A DNA stretch of 50,246 bases from positions 18,367-68,612 of the forward strand of contig FR884640.1 in NCBI GenBank assembly GCA_000436075.1, written 5' to 3'. The DNA is from Eggerthella sp. CAG:209. GTDB lineage: Bacteria > Actinomycetota > Coriobacteriia > Coriobacteriales > Eggerthellaceae. Shown one piece after another: positions 41,441 to 50,246 of this stretch (its first letter is position 1; each line of letters starts with the position of its first letter). Position numbers and translations under genes: made by a program. The notes beneath the pieces are model-generated. The model ran no database searches, had not been told where the DNA came from, and worked only from the letters and a program-made list of their open reading frames with translations.

Positions 41441-44005
41441 ATGGCATCTCAGCAAACAGGGCGACGAAACAAACACCAGTCAAGTAAGGCGGGCTCCCAG
41501 CCGGGAGTCCGCAAGCTTGCTTCGAGTGAAAAAAAATCACAGCATCGTGATTCTGCGTCCAGTTACGGCCATATTTTTGATGAGCGTACCAAGCGCGATA
41601 TATCTGCGGTTGCCTTAATAGTGCTTTCCATTGCTCTATTTGCCATGGTGTTTATGGGGTCTGAGGGCGTTGTAACGGGCGCGATATCTCTCGGGCTTCG
41701 TTTCTGCTTCGGCATTGGCGCATACGTGCTTCCCTTTTTGCTTATTGGTTTGGCAGCTACGTTGCTAATTCGTTTTGAACGAGAGATGGTGCCAGCACGT
41801 GTGGCAATTGGGTTCGGCCTTTTGTTCCTTGCGTTCTTAACTATTGTGTCTTTTTTCACGCCAGGTGCTGATGTTGATCCAAATCGTTTGTTTATCCAGG
41901 TGTTACTTGTCGACCATGGTGGCTATGTGGGTGGCGCTATCGCCTGGGCGGGTCTCGAGCTGTTCGGTTTGACCGTTTCCATGATTTTGATGATTGGTTT
42001 GATCATCATTGCGCTAATCGTAATTGGCTTCTCTCTGTCGTCTCTCATCGAAAGCATTCGTGCTCATGCGGCAGGTCGCTCCGATGCACCTGGAGACGAA
42101 GAAGGTGGATTTGATCACTTGCCTCGTATGTCCTTCGCTCGCGTTAGGAAGGGCAAGAATCCCATTGATGCAGGTTACACTGATCCAACGAAAGTCGATG
42201 TTCATGGAAGTATGCCCACACAGGCCATCGACGCGAATAAAGCTGCTTTTGCTGCTGGTAAAACTCAGGTAATTTCCGAGATGCCATCTAAATCATTGAA
42301 AAAAAGCCAACGCACGAATGGCCAGCGCGCTCGTGAAGCTGCAGTGCAAACCACCATGGCATTTGACGCGGCTTCCCCGAAAACTGCAGGGGACGTGCCC
42401 AAGCAGCTTACCCGAAAGCTTGGGTCGCGTCCTAAAGCTGACAAGAAGGACGAGCCGTCACTTCCTCAGTATCAGGCCGCTAGGCCTGTTCGCAAAAAGG
42501 CGTCAGATGTTGCTACGCCAGAGCCATTGGAGGGTTTTGATCTCCCTGAAATGAGCTTGCTTAATACTTCTGAAAAAACTCCAGTCACCAAGGAGAGCGA
42601 GGCTTCTCTTCGTGCTACTGGTTTGTTGCTCCAGGAAACGCTTTCCGACTTTGGCGTAGGTGCTGATGTTGTTGGTTGGGTTCACGGGCCTACCGTTACC
42701 CTGTTTAAGGTCGATCTTCCTTCAGGTGTTCGAGTAAATCGTGTTTCTAATTTGACTGACGATATTGCGCTCGCTCTTGCTGCGCCTGGTGTCCGCATCT
42801 TTGCTCCTATTCCAGGTACTAATTACGTTGGTATTGAAGTGCCCAACAAAAAACGCGAGACAGTATTTTTGGGTGATGTCTTAAAAGATGCTCCTGACGG
42901 ACCTCTTCAAATTGCCATTGGCAAGGATGTTGAAGGCGAAAGCATCGTTAGCAATTTGGCAACTATGCCCCATTTGCTAATTGGTGGTACGACGGGCTCT
43001 GGTAAATCGGTTGCCATCAACGGCATGATTATGTCGATTCTTATGCGCGCTACGCCTTCCGAAGTACGTATGATCATGATTGACCCTAAGCGCGTTGAGT
43101 TTACACCCTATAATGGCATCCCTCATTTGTACGTTCCTGTTGTTACCGAAGCGAGGGAAGCGGCTAGTGCTCTCTCCTGGGCTGTAGCCGAGATGGAGCG
43201 TAGGCTGAAGGTTTTTAGTGGCATTGGCGCTAGAAATATTGGTCAATACAACGCCAAGGTTCAAAAGGGGCTCGAAATCGATGATGCTCCCGCGGCTGAG
43301 ATGCCGTATATCGTCATCATCATCGATGAGCTCGCAGACCTTATGATGAATGTAGGCAAAGAGGTGGAGTTTTCGATTTCGCGTCTGGCTCAGCTTGCGC
43401 GTGCAGCGGGAATCCATCTCATCGTAGCAACGCAGCGCCCCTCTACGAATGTAGTTACGGGTCTTATCAAGGCTAACATCACTAATCGTATCGCGTTTAA
43501 TGTTGCTTCCGGTATCGATTCACGTGTCATCCTGGACACTCCCGGCGCTGAAAATCTTATTGGTCTAGGAGACCTGCTGCTTTCCAAGCCCGAGTTGGCC
43601 AAACCTCAGCGAATTCAGGGCTGCTTTGTTTCCGAGGATGAGATATCTGCTGTCGTGGAGAAATTGAAGTCGCAAGGAGAGCCCGAATATCACAATGATA
43701 TTCTTAAAACCAATCTCATTACTCTAGGGGATTCTATGCCCGATGGTTCCGGTGGAACTGCCTCTGGCTCTGATGATCCCTTGGTGTGGGATGCCGCTGA
43801 GATAGTGGTTTCTTCAGGTATGGGCTCTACGTCGAACCTGCAGCGCAGGCTTAGCGTAGGGTACTCGCGTGCTGGCAGGATTATGGACCTGCTTGAAGAG
43901 AAGGGCATCGTTGGTCCACCAAACGGGTCAAAGCCTCGCGAGGTTTTGGTGGACCCGATGGAGCTCGAAACTATCAAAGCCTTTGAAGCTAATGATTCGC
44001 AGTAA
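41441..44005 (+). CDS. ftsK: DNA translocase FtsK
   Basis: N-terminal TMs, linker, PHLLIGGTTGSGKS, IIDELADLMM, ATQRPS, gamma domain LQRRLSVGYSRAGR. Confidence 0.97.
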   Translation: MASQQTGRRNKHQSSKAGSQPGVRKLASSEKKSQHRDSASSYGHIFDERTKRDISAVALIVLSIALFAMVFMGSEGVVTGAISLGLRFCFGIGAYVLPFLLIGLAATLLIRFEREMVPARVAIGFGLLFLAFLTIVSFFTPGADVDPNRLFIQVLLVDHGGYVGGAIAWAGLELFGLTVSMILMIGLIIIALIVIGFSLSSLIESIRAHAAGRSDAPGDEEGGFDHLPRMSFARVRKGKNPIDAGYTDPTKVDVHGSMPTQAIDANKAAFAAGKTQVISEMPSKSLKKSQRTNGQRAREAAVQTTMAFDAASPKTAGDVPKQLTRKLGSRPKADKKDEPSLPQYQAARPVRKKASDVATPEPLEGFDLPEMSLLNTSEKTPVTKESEASLRATGLLLQETLSDFGVGADVVGWVHGPTVTLFKVDLPSGVRVNRVSNLTDDIALALAAPGVRIFAPIPGTNYVGIEVPNKKRETVFLGDVLKDAPDGPLQIAIGKDVEGESIVSNLATMPHLLIGGTTGSGKSVAINGMIMSILMRATPSEVRMIMIDPKRVEFTPYNGIPHLYVPVVTEAREAASALSWAVAEMERRLKVFSGIGARNIGQYNAKVQKGLEIDDAPAAEMPYIVIIIDELADLMMNVGKEVEFSISRLAQLARAAGIHLIVATQRPSTNVVTGLIKANITNRIAFNVASGIDSRVILDTPGAENLIGLGDLLLSKPELAKPQRIQGCFVSEDEISAVVEKLKSQGEPEYHNDILKTNLITLGDSMPDGSGGTASGSDDPLVWDAAEIVVSSGMGSTSNLQRRLSVGYSRAGRIMDLLEEKGIVGPPNGSKPREVLVDPMELETIKAFEANDSQ

Positions 44006-44026
44006 GTAAGAAGAGGTAGGAACGTC

Positions 44027-45223
44027 ATGCACCAGATCAGCTTCGGCAGCGTGCTTAAGGAAGCGCGATTGGCCCAAGGGCGAGACCTGGCTTCGGTATC
44101 TCGCGATCTGCGTATTCGCCAGGATATTATCGTCGCGATCGAAAATAGTGATTTTAAGCGCATGCCCTCTCGTGGATATGCGCGCAATATGATCATTGCT
44201 TATTCTCGGCTCCTTGGCCTTAACGCTCAGGATGTCAGCAGAATGTACTTAGATCAGGAATATGCCTATCAGGTAGAGCAGGCTCATCAAAGCGTTGGTG
44301 ACTCTATTCGAATGCATCGCGATCCGCATGGACGCGAAGCCAACGGATACACTACTTCGTCATTTGAAAAAGTTGGTGGGCGGGTTGCTCGTAAATCTCG
44401 TTCATCTTTTTCTCAGCCCGATGAAAAAGATCTGTATGATGGCAGCTCTAATGGGTTTGGTCGAGCGGTGTATTCTCAAAATGCCGATGTATACCCTTCG
44501 CACCACAACCCTCAGGTCGCTCATCGCGCCCGTAGATCTGCTATGCCTTCGGGGAAATATGGAAATATGTATGCAGCTCCGCAGAATATTCCGAACCCAA
44601 ATAGAAGTCGGAATATCCTTGTTGCTATCATTGCTGTTTTTGTCATCGTTGTTGTTCTCGTTGTAGCTATGATGCTGTCGCATCAAACTGCGCCTCAGAC
44701 CAATATCCCTGTTACCGGCGCTCAGTCTACGCAAAATGCAGAAAGCGAATCTTCGTCAGATCAGCAGCAAACAGATTCCTCTCCTGACCAAACTGCTCCA
44801 ACTGAATTCACCTTGAAATACTCCGTTGATAAGGGCAGTGAGTCTTATATCGAAGTTTATGTTGACGACAAGGCTCAAGAGTCGGGTACAGTGTCTGGGC
44901 CGGCGGAAAAAACCTATACTAGCTCGTCTAAAATTCGCTTTGTTTCTACTGAAACAAAGGGCGTATCGGTGACGATCAATGATGAAGCTGTTGATCTTAA
45001 GGCCAACAGCTCAGGTATCGTTAACCAAACTTTTTCCTTTAGCGAAATCCTAGATCAGTGGTATAACGATCATCCGAATGTGAAGCGGGATACGTCTGCT
45101 GCTGCATCGTCGAGCTCTCAAAGCACGGGCACGACGAGCTCTTCTTCGAAAAGCTCGTCGGATAGTTCAACCGACTCTGCTAAGACGTCATCTGCGAGTT
45201 CCAGGTCGTCGTCATCTGAATAG
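44027..45223 (+). CDS. RodZ-like HTH membrane protein
   Basis: N-terminal HTH (GSVLKEARL..AIEN..YARNMIIAYSRLLGL), a single TM, an extracellular beta domain and a Ser-rich tail; downstream of ftsK. Confidence 0.8.
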   Translation: MHQISFGSVLKEARLAQGRDLASVSRDLRIRQDIIVAIENSDFKRMPSRGYARNMIIAYSRLLGLNAQDVSRMYLDQEYAYQVEQAHQSVGDSIRMHRDPHGREANGYTTSSFEKVGGRVARKSRSSFSQPDEKDLYDGSSNGFGRAVYSQNADVYPSHHNPQVAHRARRSAMPSGKYGNMYAAPQNIPNPNRSRNILVAIIAVFVIVVVLVVAMMLSHQTAPQTNIPVTGAQSTQNAESESSSDQQQTDSSPDQTAPTEFTLKYSVDKGSESYIEVYVDDKAQESGTVSGPAEKTYTSSSKIRFVSTETKGVSVTINDEAVDLKANSSGIVNQTFSFSEILDQWYNDHPNVKRDTSAAASSSSQSTGTTSSSSKSSSDSSTDSAKTSSASSRSSSSE

Positions 45224-45251
45224 GACGCATTTTGCCTACGTAGATGTTTTT

Positions 45252-45291
45252 GGTTAGCACGATTTTCAGATGAATCGTGCTAACCTATTTT
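45252..45291 (+). terminator. 13-bp inverted repeat, probable terminator
   Basis: GGTTAGCACGATT-N8-AATCGTGCTAACC followed by TATTTTT. Confidence 0.65.
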
Positions 45292-45345
45292 TCTATATGG
45301 CCTAACATGATGGCTTTATTAAATTCGATTTTGAGAGGATTAACC

Positions 45346-45843
45346 ATGGCTAAAGATTCTAGCTTCGACGTTGTATCCCAGATTGATATGCAGGAAGTCG
45401 ATAATGCTTTCGGGCAAGCGAAGAAGGAGATTTCTCAGCGTTATGACCTTAAAGACTCTGGTGCTGACATTGCATTAGACAAATCCGGTAAAACCCTTAC
45501 GGTATCTGCGCCGAGCGATTTTGTTAATAATCAGGTAAAGGATGTTCTTACCTCTAAGCTTATTAAGCGCGGAATCGCCCTGAATGCTCTTGATTGGGGC
45601 AAGCTTGAGTCTGCTACCGGTGGATCGGTTCGCCAAACCGCTAAGATTATTGAGGGTATCGATCGTGACACAGCAGGAAAAATCAACAAGGACATCAAGG
45701 CTACTAAGCTCAAGGTGAAGGTCACCATCGAGGGAGATAAGCTTCGTGTATCAGGGCCCAAGCTCGATACCCTTCAAGAGGTTATTGCCTTTTTGAAAGA
45801 GAAGGATTACGGTCAGCCTTTGCAATTTACTAATTATCGCTAG
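45346..45843 (+). CDS. yajQ: YajQ family nucleotide-binding protein
   Basis: SFDVVSQIDMQEVDNA, RYD, LRVSG, PLQFTNYR; ATG 45346 after GAGAGG. Confidence 0.93.
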   Translation: MAKDSSFDVVSQIDMQEVDNAFGQAKKEISQRYDLKDSGADIALDKSGKTLTVSAPSDFVNNQVKDVLTSKLIKRGIALNALDWGKLESATGGSVRQTAKIIEGIDRDTAGKINKDIKATKLKVKVTIEGDKLRVSGPKLDTLQEVIAFLKEKDYGQPLQFTNYR

Positions 45844-45857
45844 GAATTCGTTGCACC

Positions 45858-47144
45858 ATGTCAAATAACGTATCCTTTTTAACGCTTGGTTGTGCAAAGA
45901 ACGAATCGGATAGCGCTCGAATGCAGGAAGACCTTATTCGAGCTGGCTATTCTATTGTCGATATTGCCGATTCTGCTGATGTTATCGTCGTCAATACATG
46001 CTCGTTTATTCAGTCGGCTATCGAAGAAAGCCTTGATGCCGTATTTGAAATAGCTGGTTATGATTCGGTTGCTTCAGGGGATACCAAACTTGTGGTGTGT
46101 GGGTGCATGCCTTCTCGATTTGGTGATGACCTCGAAGAAGAGCTAACCGAGGCAGACAAATTTGTTACCTGCAGAGAAGAAGATAATATCGTTGAAATAA
46201 TCGATGATCTTTTGGGTGTGTCAAGCCAACGTAATTCCGTTGAAGTTGATTTCGATTATGCGCCTAGCGAGTACGTGAAGATCTCTGACGGATGCAATCG
46301 CTTTTGCTCGTTTTGTACCATCCCGTTCATTCGTGGTCGATATCGCAGCTTTTCTTATGATGAAATCGCTTCTGACGTTAAGGCTAAGGTTGAATCTGGC
46401 ACCAAAGAAATCGTGCTCATAGCTCAGGATTCTGGTATCTGGGGTCTTGACTTGAAACCTCGCGAGAATCTTGCTTCGCTGCTGAAGCGATTATCTGAAG
46501 CGTATCCTGATACCTGGTTCCGAGTTATGTATCTACAGCCCGCCGGGATGACAGATGAGCTGCTTGATGTCATGGCTACTCATGACAACATCTGCAATTA
46601 TTTTGATATACCTTTGCAGCATTGCGATTCGGAGATTTTGAAGTCGATGAATCGTTCTGGCTCACGTGCCGAATACGAACAGATGGTTGCGCGTATTCGC
46701 CAGCGTATTCCTGGTGTTGCTTTGCGTACGACGTTAATAGTTGGTTATCCAGGCGAAACAGAAGAGCAATTTGATGATCTTTGTGATTTTGTTTCGGAGA
46801 CCGAATTTGATTATGTGGGTATTTTTGCCTATTCGCCCGAAGACGGTACCCCTGCTGCCGAATTGCCTAATCAGGTTGATGAAGACACCAAACAGGCACG
46901 TCTTCAAGAGCTCCGCGACATTGCCGACGCCGTTTCTTCCCATGTCGTTTCTCAGCGCATAGGAACGAGCATGGACGTTCTCGTCCTTGGTTGTGAGGAA
47001 GACGGTCAATTGTATGGCCGTGCACAATGCCAGGCCCCCGATGTTGACGGTGTGACCTATTTGGAAAACGGTGCTGTTGGCGAGGTTCATACCGTATCAA
47101 TCAGTGACACGCTTCTTTACGAGATGGAGGCCCTGGGTGACTGA
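45858..47144 (+). CDS. rimO: ribosomal protein S12 methylthiotransferase RimO
   Basis: LGCAKNESDS, NTCSFI, KISDGCNRFCSFC, DIPLQH, APDVDG TRAM motif. Confidence 0.93.
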   Translation: MSNNVSFLTLGCAKNESDSARMQEDLIRAGYSIVDIADSADVIVVNTCSFIQSAIEESLDAVFEIAGYDSVASGDTKLVVCGCMPSRFGDDLEEELTEADKFVTCREEDNIVEIIDDLLGVSSQRNSVEVDFDYAPSEYVKISDGCNRFCSFCTIPFIRGRYRSFSYDEIASDVKAKVESGTKEIVLIAQDSGIWGLDLKPRENLASLLKRLSEAYPDTWFRVMYLQPAGMTDELLDVMATHDNICNYFDIPLQHCDSEILKSMNRSGSRAEYEQMVARIRQRIPGVALRTTLIVGYPGETEEQFDDLCDFVSETEFDYVGIFAYSPEDGTPAAELPNQVDEDTKQARLQELRDIADAVSSHVVSQRIGTSMDVLVLGCEEDGQLYGRAQCQAPDVDGVTYLENGAVGEVHTVSISDTLLYEMEALGD

Positions 47145-48291
47145 AAAGGAATTTGACGAAACTACGCTGTGGACTCCGGCCAATATTGTCACCCTTGTCC
47201 GGATCCTGCTTGTCCCTGTCTTTGTCGTGGCAATAATTTCCCCTTGGCCGACTTATATACCGGATTGGCATAATGCCGAGCTCTGTAAGCCTTGGGTTGC
47301 TGCACTGATTTTCGCAATTTTATCGTGCACTGACGCGTTGGATGGATATTTGGCGCGAAGCAGGGGAGAGGTAACGAACTTCGGAAAGTTCATAGATCCC
47401 TTGGCCGACAAGATCTTGGTGGCGGCGGCGTTATTGGCGCTTATCGAACTTCAGGTTCTTCCTTCATGGGTTGCGTTGCTCATAATCGCTCGTGAGTTCA
47501 TTGTTTCGGGTCTTCGAATGCTTGTGGCGACGCATGGAGTTGTTGTTGCGGCAAGTTGGTATGGAAAATTCAAAACGGTGTTCCAGATCATTGCGATCTT
47601 ACTCTTTATTGTTAAGGGTTCCGACGCGCTGCTCGCACTGCATCCTGATATGGAACTTGCTTTGTACGTGATCTCGTGGTTCTTCATGATAGTTGCGCTA
47701 GCGCTCACCGTAGTTTCTATGGTTGACTATTTTATGAAGTGCGCTCCCATTCTTGGGTTTGGTAATGCGGGTTCGAAAAAGGACTCCGATGATTTCTCGT
47801 GCTCTCCAAAAGCCGTTATTGATCGCGCTATTAAAGAAGGCAAGCATCTTTCGACTGCTGAGAGCTGTACAGGTGGTCTTATTGGTGGCGCTCTTACCGG
47901 CGTGCCTGGTAGTTCGGCTGTTGTCGAGGGCGGAATTATCAGTTATTCCAACGATGTCAAAATTAATGTGTTGGGTGTTTCTGCAGCCGATCTTGAGCGG
48001 GTTGGCGCAGTAAGCTCCGAGGTTGCTGCCTCAATGGCGGAGGGTTCTCTTCGCGTTGCAAATTCCGATATAGCCGTAGCTGTTACCGGGATCGCGGGGC
48101 CTGGCGGGGCTGTTCCTGGCAAGCCCGTTGGCACTGTTTGGTTTGGCTTGGCAACTAAGAACCATACTAAAACCTTTATTCGTCATTTTGACGGCAATCG
48201 TAATGCCGTACGCAGTGCTACTGTGGATTTTGCGCTTGAACTATTCGCTTACGCTCTCGACGATAGCCGATCCGAGCCAGTTTCCGATTAG
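47137..48291 (+). CDS. pgsA: fusion of phosphatidylglycerophosphate synthase (PgsA) and CinA C-terminal NMN deamidase (PncC) domain
   Basis: N-terminal half: PANIVTLVRI, TDALDGYLAR..FGKFIDPLADK. C-terminal half: TAESCTGG, YSNDVK, GAVS, TGIAGPGG, KPVGTV. GTG 47137 follows GGAGG. Confidence 0.9.
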   Translation: MTEKEFDETTLWTPANIVTLVRILLVPVFVVAIISPWPTYIPDWHNAELCKPWVAALIFAILSCTDALDGYLARSRGEVTNFGKFIDPLADKILVAAALLALIELQVLPSWVALLIIAREFIVSGLRMLVATHGVVVAASWYGKFKTVFQIIAILLFIVKGSDALLALHPDMELALYVISWFFMIVALALTVVSMVDYFMKCAPILGFGNAGSKKDSDDFSCSPKAVIDRAIKEGKHLSTAESCTGGLIGGALTGVPGSSAVVEGGIISYSNDVKINVLGVSAADLERVGAVSSEVAASMAEGSLRVANSDIAVAVTGIAGPGGAVPGKPVGTVWFGLATKNHTKTFIRHFDGNRNAVRSATVDFALELFAYALDDSRSEPVSD

Positions 48292-48326
48292 CTTCTGATT
48301 TGAATATATTTCGCATCACTTTAGTA

Positions 48327-48354
48327 CCGCGTTCTCATGTATTTGAGAACGCGG
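48327..48354. repeat. 11-bp inverted repeat, possible terminator before the recA promoter
   Basis: CCGCGTTCTCA-TGTATT-TGAGAACGCGG. Confidence 0.65.
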
Positions 48355-48386
48355 GTTTACTATTAGCTTTGCTTAAGCGAAAAGTA

Positions 48387-48415
48387 TTGCAATCGAACGC
48401 ATGTTCGGATATTCT
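48387..48415 (+). promoter_or_regulatory. recA promoter with LexA (Gram-positive SOS) box in the spacer
   Basis: TTGCAA(48387-48392)-17 bp-TATTCT(48410-48415); CGAAC-GCAT-GTTCG at 48394-48407. Confidence 0.9.
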
Positions 48416-48455
48416 CGTTTAGGTCCAATCGCAATACCTTCGGCTAGGAGAAGAA

Positions 48456-49516
48456 ATGAGCCAGGACAAAGCAAAAACCCTCAAGATCACCACTGATCAG
48501 ATTGAACAGAAATTTGGCAAGGGTGCCATTATGGCAAGGGTGCCATTATGAAACTGGGGGAGAACACCAACATGCAAGTTGGCGTAATTCCAACCGGAGC
48601 TCTTCCATTAGATATCGCTTTAGGCATCGGTGGTGTTCCTCGTGGTCGAATTGTTGAGGTGTATGGCCCTGAATCAAGCGGTAAAACGACCATTGCTCTT
48701 CATATCATTGCTGAGGCGCAGGCTGCAGGTGGTGTTGTTGCCTTTATTGACGCCGAGCATGCGCTGGATCCTGTCTATGCTGCTAAGCTTGGTGTTGACG
48801 TAGACGAAATGCTTATATCGCAACCCGACACTGGTGAGCAGGCGCTCGAGATCTGCGATATGCTTGTTCGCTCTGGAGCTATTGACTGTGTAGTTGTCGA
48901 CTCGGTTGCGGCTCTGGTTCCTAGGGCCGAAATCGAAGGCGAAATTGGCGATACCACGGTTGGCCTTCAGGCTCGTCTGATGAGCCAAGCATTGCGTAAG
49001 CTTGCCGGATCTCTTTCTCGGTCTAATACCACTTGCGTTTTCATTAATCAGCTGCGCGAAAAAATCGGTGTCATGTTCGGTAATCCTGAAACAACTACAG
49101 GTGGCCGCGCATTGAAATTCTATTCGAGCGTTCGTCTTGATGTTCGTCGTTTTGACTCGGTCAAAAAAGATGGTGAGTTCATCGGTAATCGAGTTCGAGT
49201 CAAAGTGGTTAAGAACAAGGTTGCTCCACCCTTTAGGCAGGCCGAGTTTGACATCATGTATGGTGAGGGAATTTCAAAAGAGGGCTGCGTTCTCGACATG
49301 GGCGTTGAGGCTGGTTTTGTTAAGAAGAGTGGTTCATGGTTCAACTATGGTGATGAACGCTTGGGCCAGGGCCGCGAAGCCGCTAAACGTACCCTGAAGG
49401 AGCATCCTGATATTCGAAATGAAATTGAAAACAAGGTGCGTGCGGAATACAATCTTCCTGCCATCGGCGAGGAGCCTATTGCAACTGATCTTTCTGCAAA
49501 TTCCATCGAGGCTTAA
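48456..49516 (+). pseudogene. recA: recA, frameshifted as written by a 17-bp tandem duplication
   Basis: ATG 48456 after AGGAG reads [26 protein letters not shown], the RecA N-terminus, then ARVPL-stop (48551). The rest ([34 protein letters not shown]) is in another frame from 48548. Confidence 0.85.
48515..48550 (+). repeat. exact 17-bp tandem duplication in recA
   Basis: TGGCAAGGGTGCCATTA twice (48515-48531, 48532-48548) plus TG. Confidence 0.97.
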
Positions 49517-49521
49517 ATCGG

Positions 49522-50079
49522 ATGGTTTTAATTGATGCCAAGACGCTTGCGGAGCGGTTTCCGCAAGCGTCTATTTCTTCACCCAAAGGTCAGATGCTAT
49601 ATGAGAATCTTAAATCCGATGAGTTGAGCGAAGCTTTCAAAAAGATCGAGCGATTGGTTAAGGTCAGAGATCGATCGGTCCTCGAAGTGCGAAACCGTCT
49701 TAACCGTGATGGGTTCACAGTTGATGTTGTTGACGCGGCTGTAGACCGAGCTTTATCCGTGGGATATTTAGACGATACACGTTTTGCCGACGTTCTTGTA
49801 CGTTCGCGGCTTCGCTCCGGAAAAGGTTTATCTGGCATACTTCGTGAACTTCGAAATCACGCTATCGATCCCTTTGAGCAACTTGAAGGCTTCCCGGATG
49901 ATTATTTACGGGAAAATCCGAGCCAGGAAGAGGCAGCTATTGCCCTGCTGTGTCGTAAGCCACCACGGTCTAAGAACGAAAAGCAGGCAGCATATGCGAA
50001 GTTGATTCGCTCGGGCTATTCTGTTGATATTGCCGCTGAAGCAACAAAACGATGGTACGAGGCCAAAAACAGCAAGTGA
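49522..50079 (+). CDS. recX: regulatory protein RecX
   Basis: RDRSVLEVRNRL, GYLDDTRFA, LIRSGYS; directly downstream of recA. Confidence 0.9.
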   Translation: MVLIDAKTLAERFPQASISSPKGQMLYENLKSDELSEAFKKIERLVKVRDRSVLEVRNRLNRDGFTVDVVDAAVDRALSVGYLDDTRFADVLVRSRLRSGKGLSGILRELRNHAIDPFEQLEGFPDDYLRENPSQEEAAIALLCRKPPRSKNEKQAAYAKLIRSGYSVDIAAEATKRWYEAKNSK

Positions 50080-50246
50080 ATCATCGATGTTTGATGCATT
50101 CTCGGGAAAAACGGCGTATCTCTTTGCGGGACATGCTGTTCTCGGCGCATTTTCTGCAATTTTAGGCTATTATCAAATAGCTTGAGCTTACGCACCGAGT
50201 TTGGTGCTTTTAGATATTTTCTACAATGTAATAGTGTCGTTTTTCC

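Noticed and set aside
45254..45283. TTAGCAC...GTGCTAA upstream of yajQ resembling CIRCE
   Set aside because: The spacer between the 9-mers is 12, not 9, the inner bases differ, and a T-rich tail follows. A terminator explains it better

Overview
A gene-dense chromosomal core region: about 45 CDS, all on the + strand except rpsT. The gene mix points to a Coriobacteriia (Eggerthellaceae-like) actinobacterium, which is an inference. The actinobacterial markers are mIHF-gmk-rpoZ and hrcA-dnaJ without grpE/dnaK, alongside a Firmicutes-style PyrR-attenuated pyr operon. Gene order: pyrR-pyrB-pyrC-carA-carB-pyrK-pyrD-pyrF-(degenerate pyrE-like), mIHF-gmk-rpoZ-thiI, comEA-comEC-holA, rpsT(-), lepA-small membrane protein-dusB-hemW, hrcA-dnaJ-rsmE-mtaB-phoH-ybeY-dgkA-era-recO, divergent EF-G paralog, rpsO-pnp, TSCPD protein-M16 peptidase, dapB-dapA, rnj-ftsK-rodZ-like, yajQ-rimO-pgsA/cinA fusion, recA-recX. 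I see no mobile element, prophage, CRISPR array, rRNA or tRNA, and no convincing new multi-gene system. The most striking observation is an exact 17-bp tandem duplication that frameshifts recA after codon 26 and splits off the N-terminal polymerisation segment. Other oddities are a PyrE-like protein lacking its PRPP loop, an EF-G paralog with altered GTPase motifs behind a structured leader, a PgsA-CinA fusion, a double-length S20 and several long intergenic inverted repeats. All gene calls come from recognising the translated sequence by eye, not from database searches.
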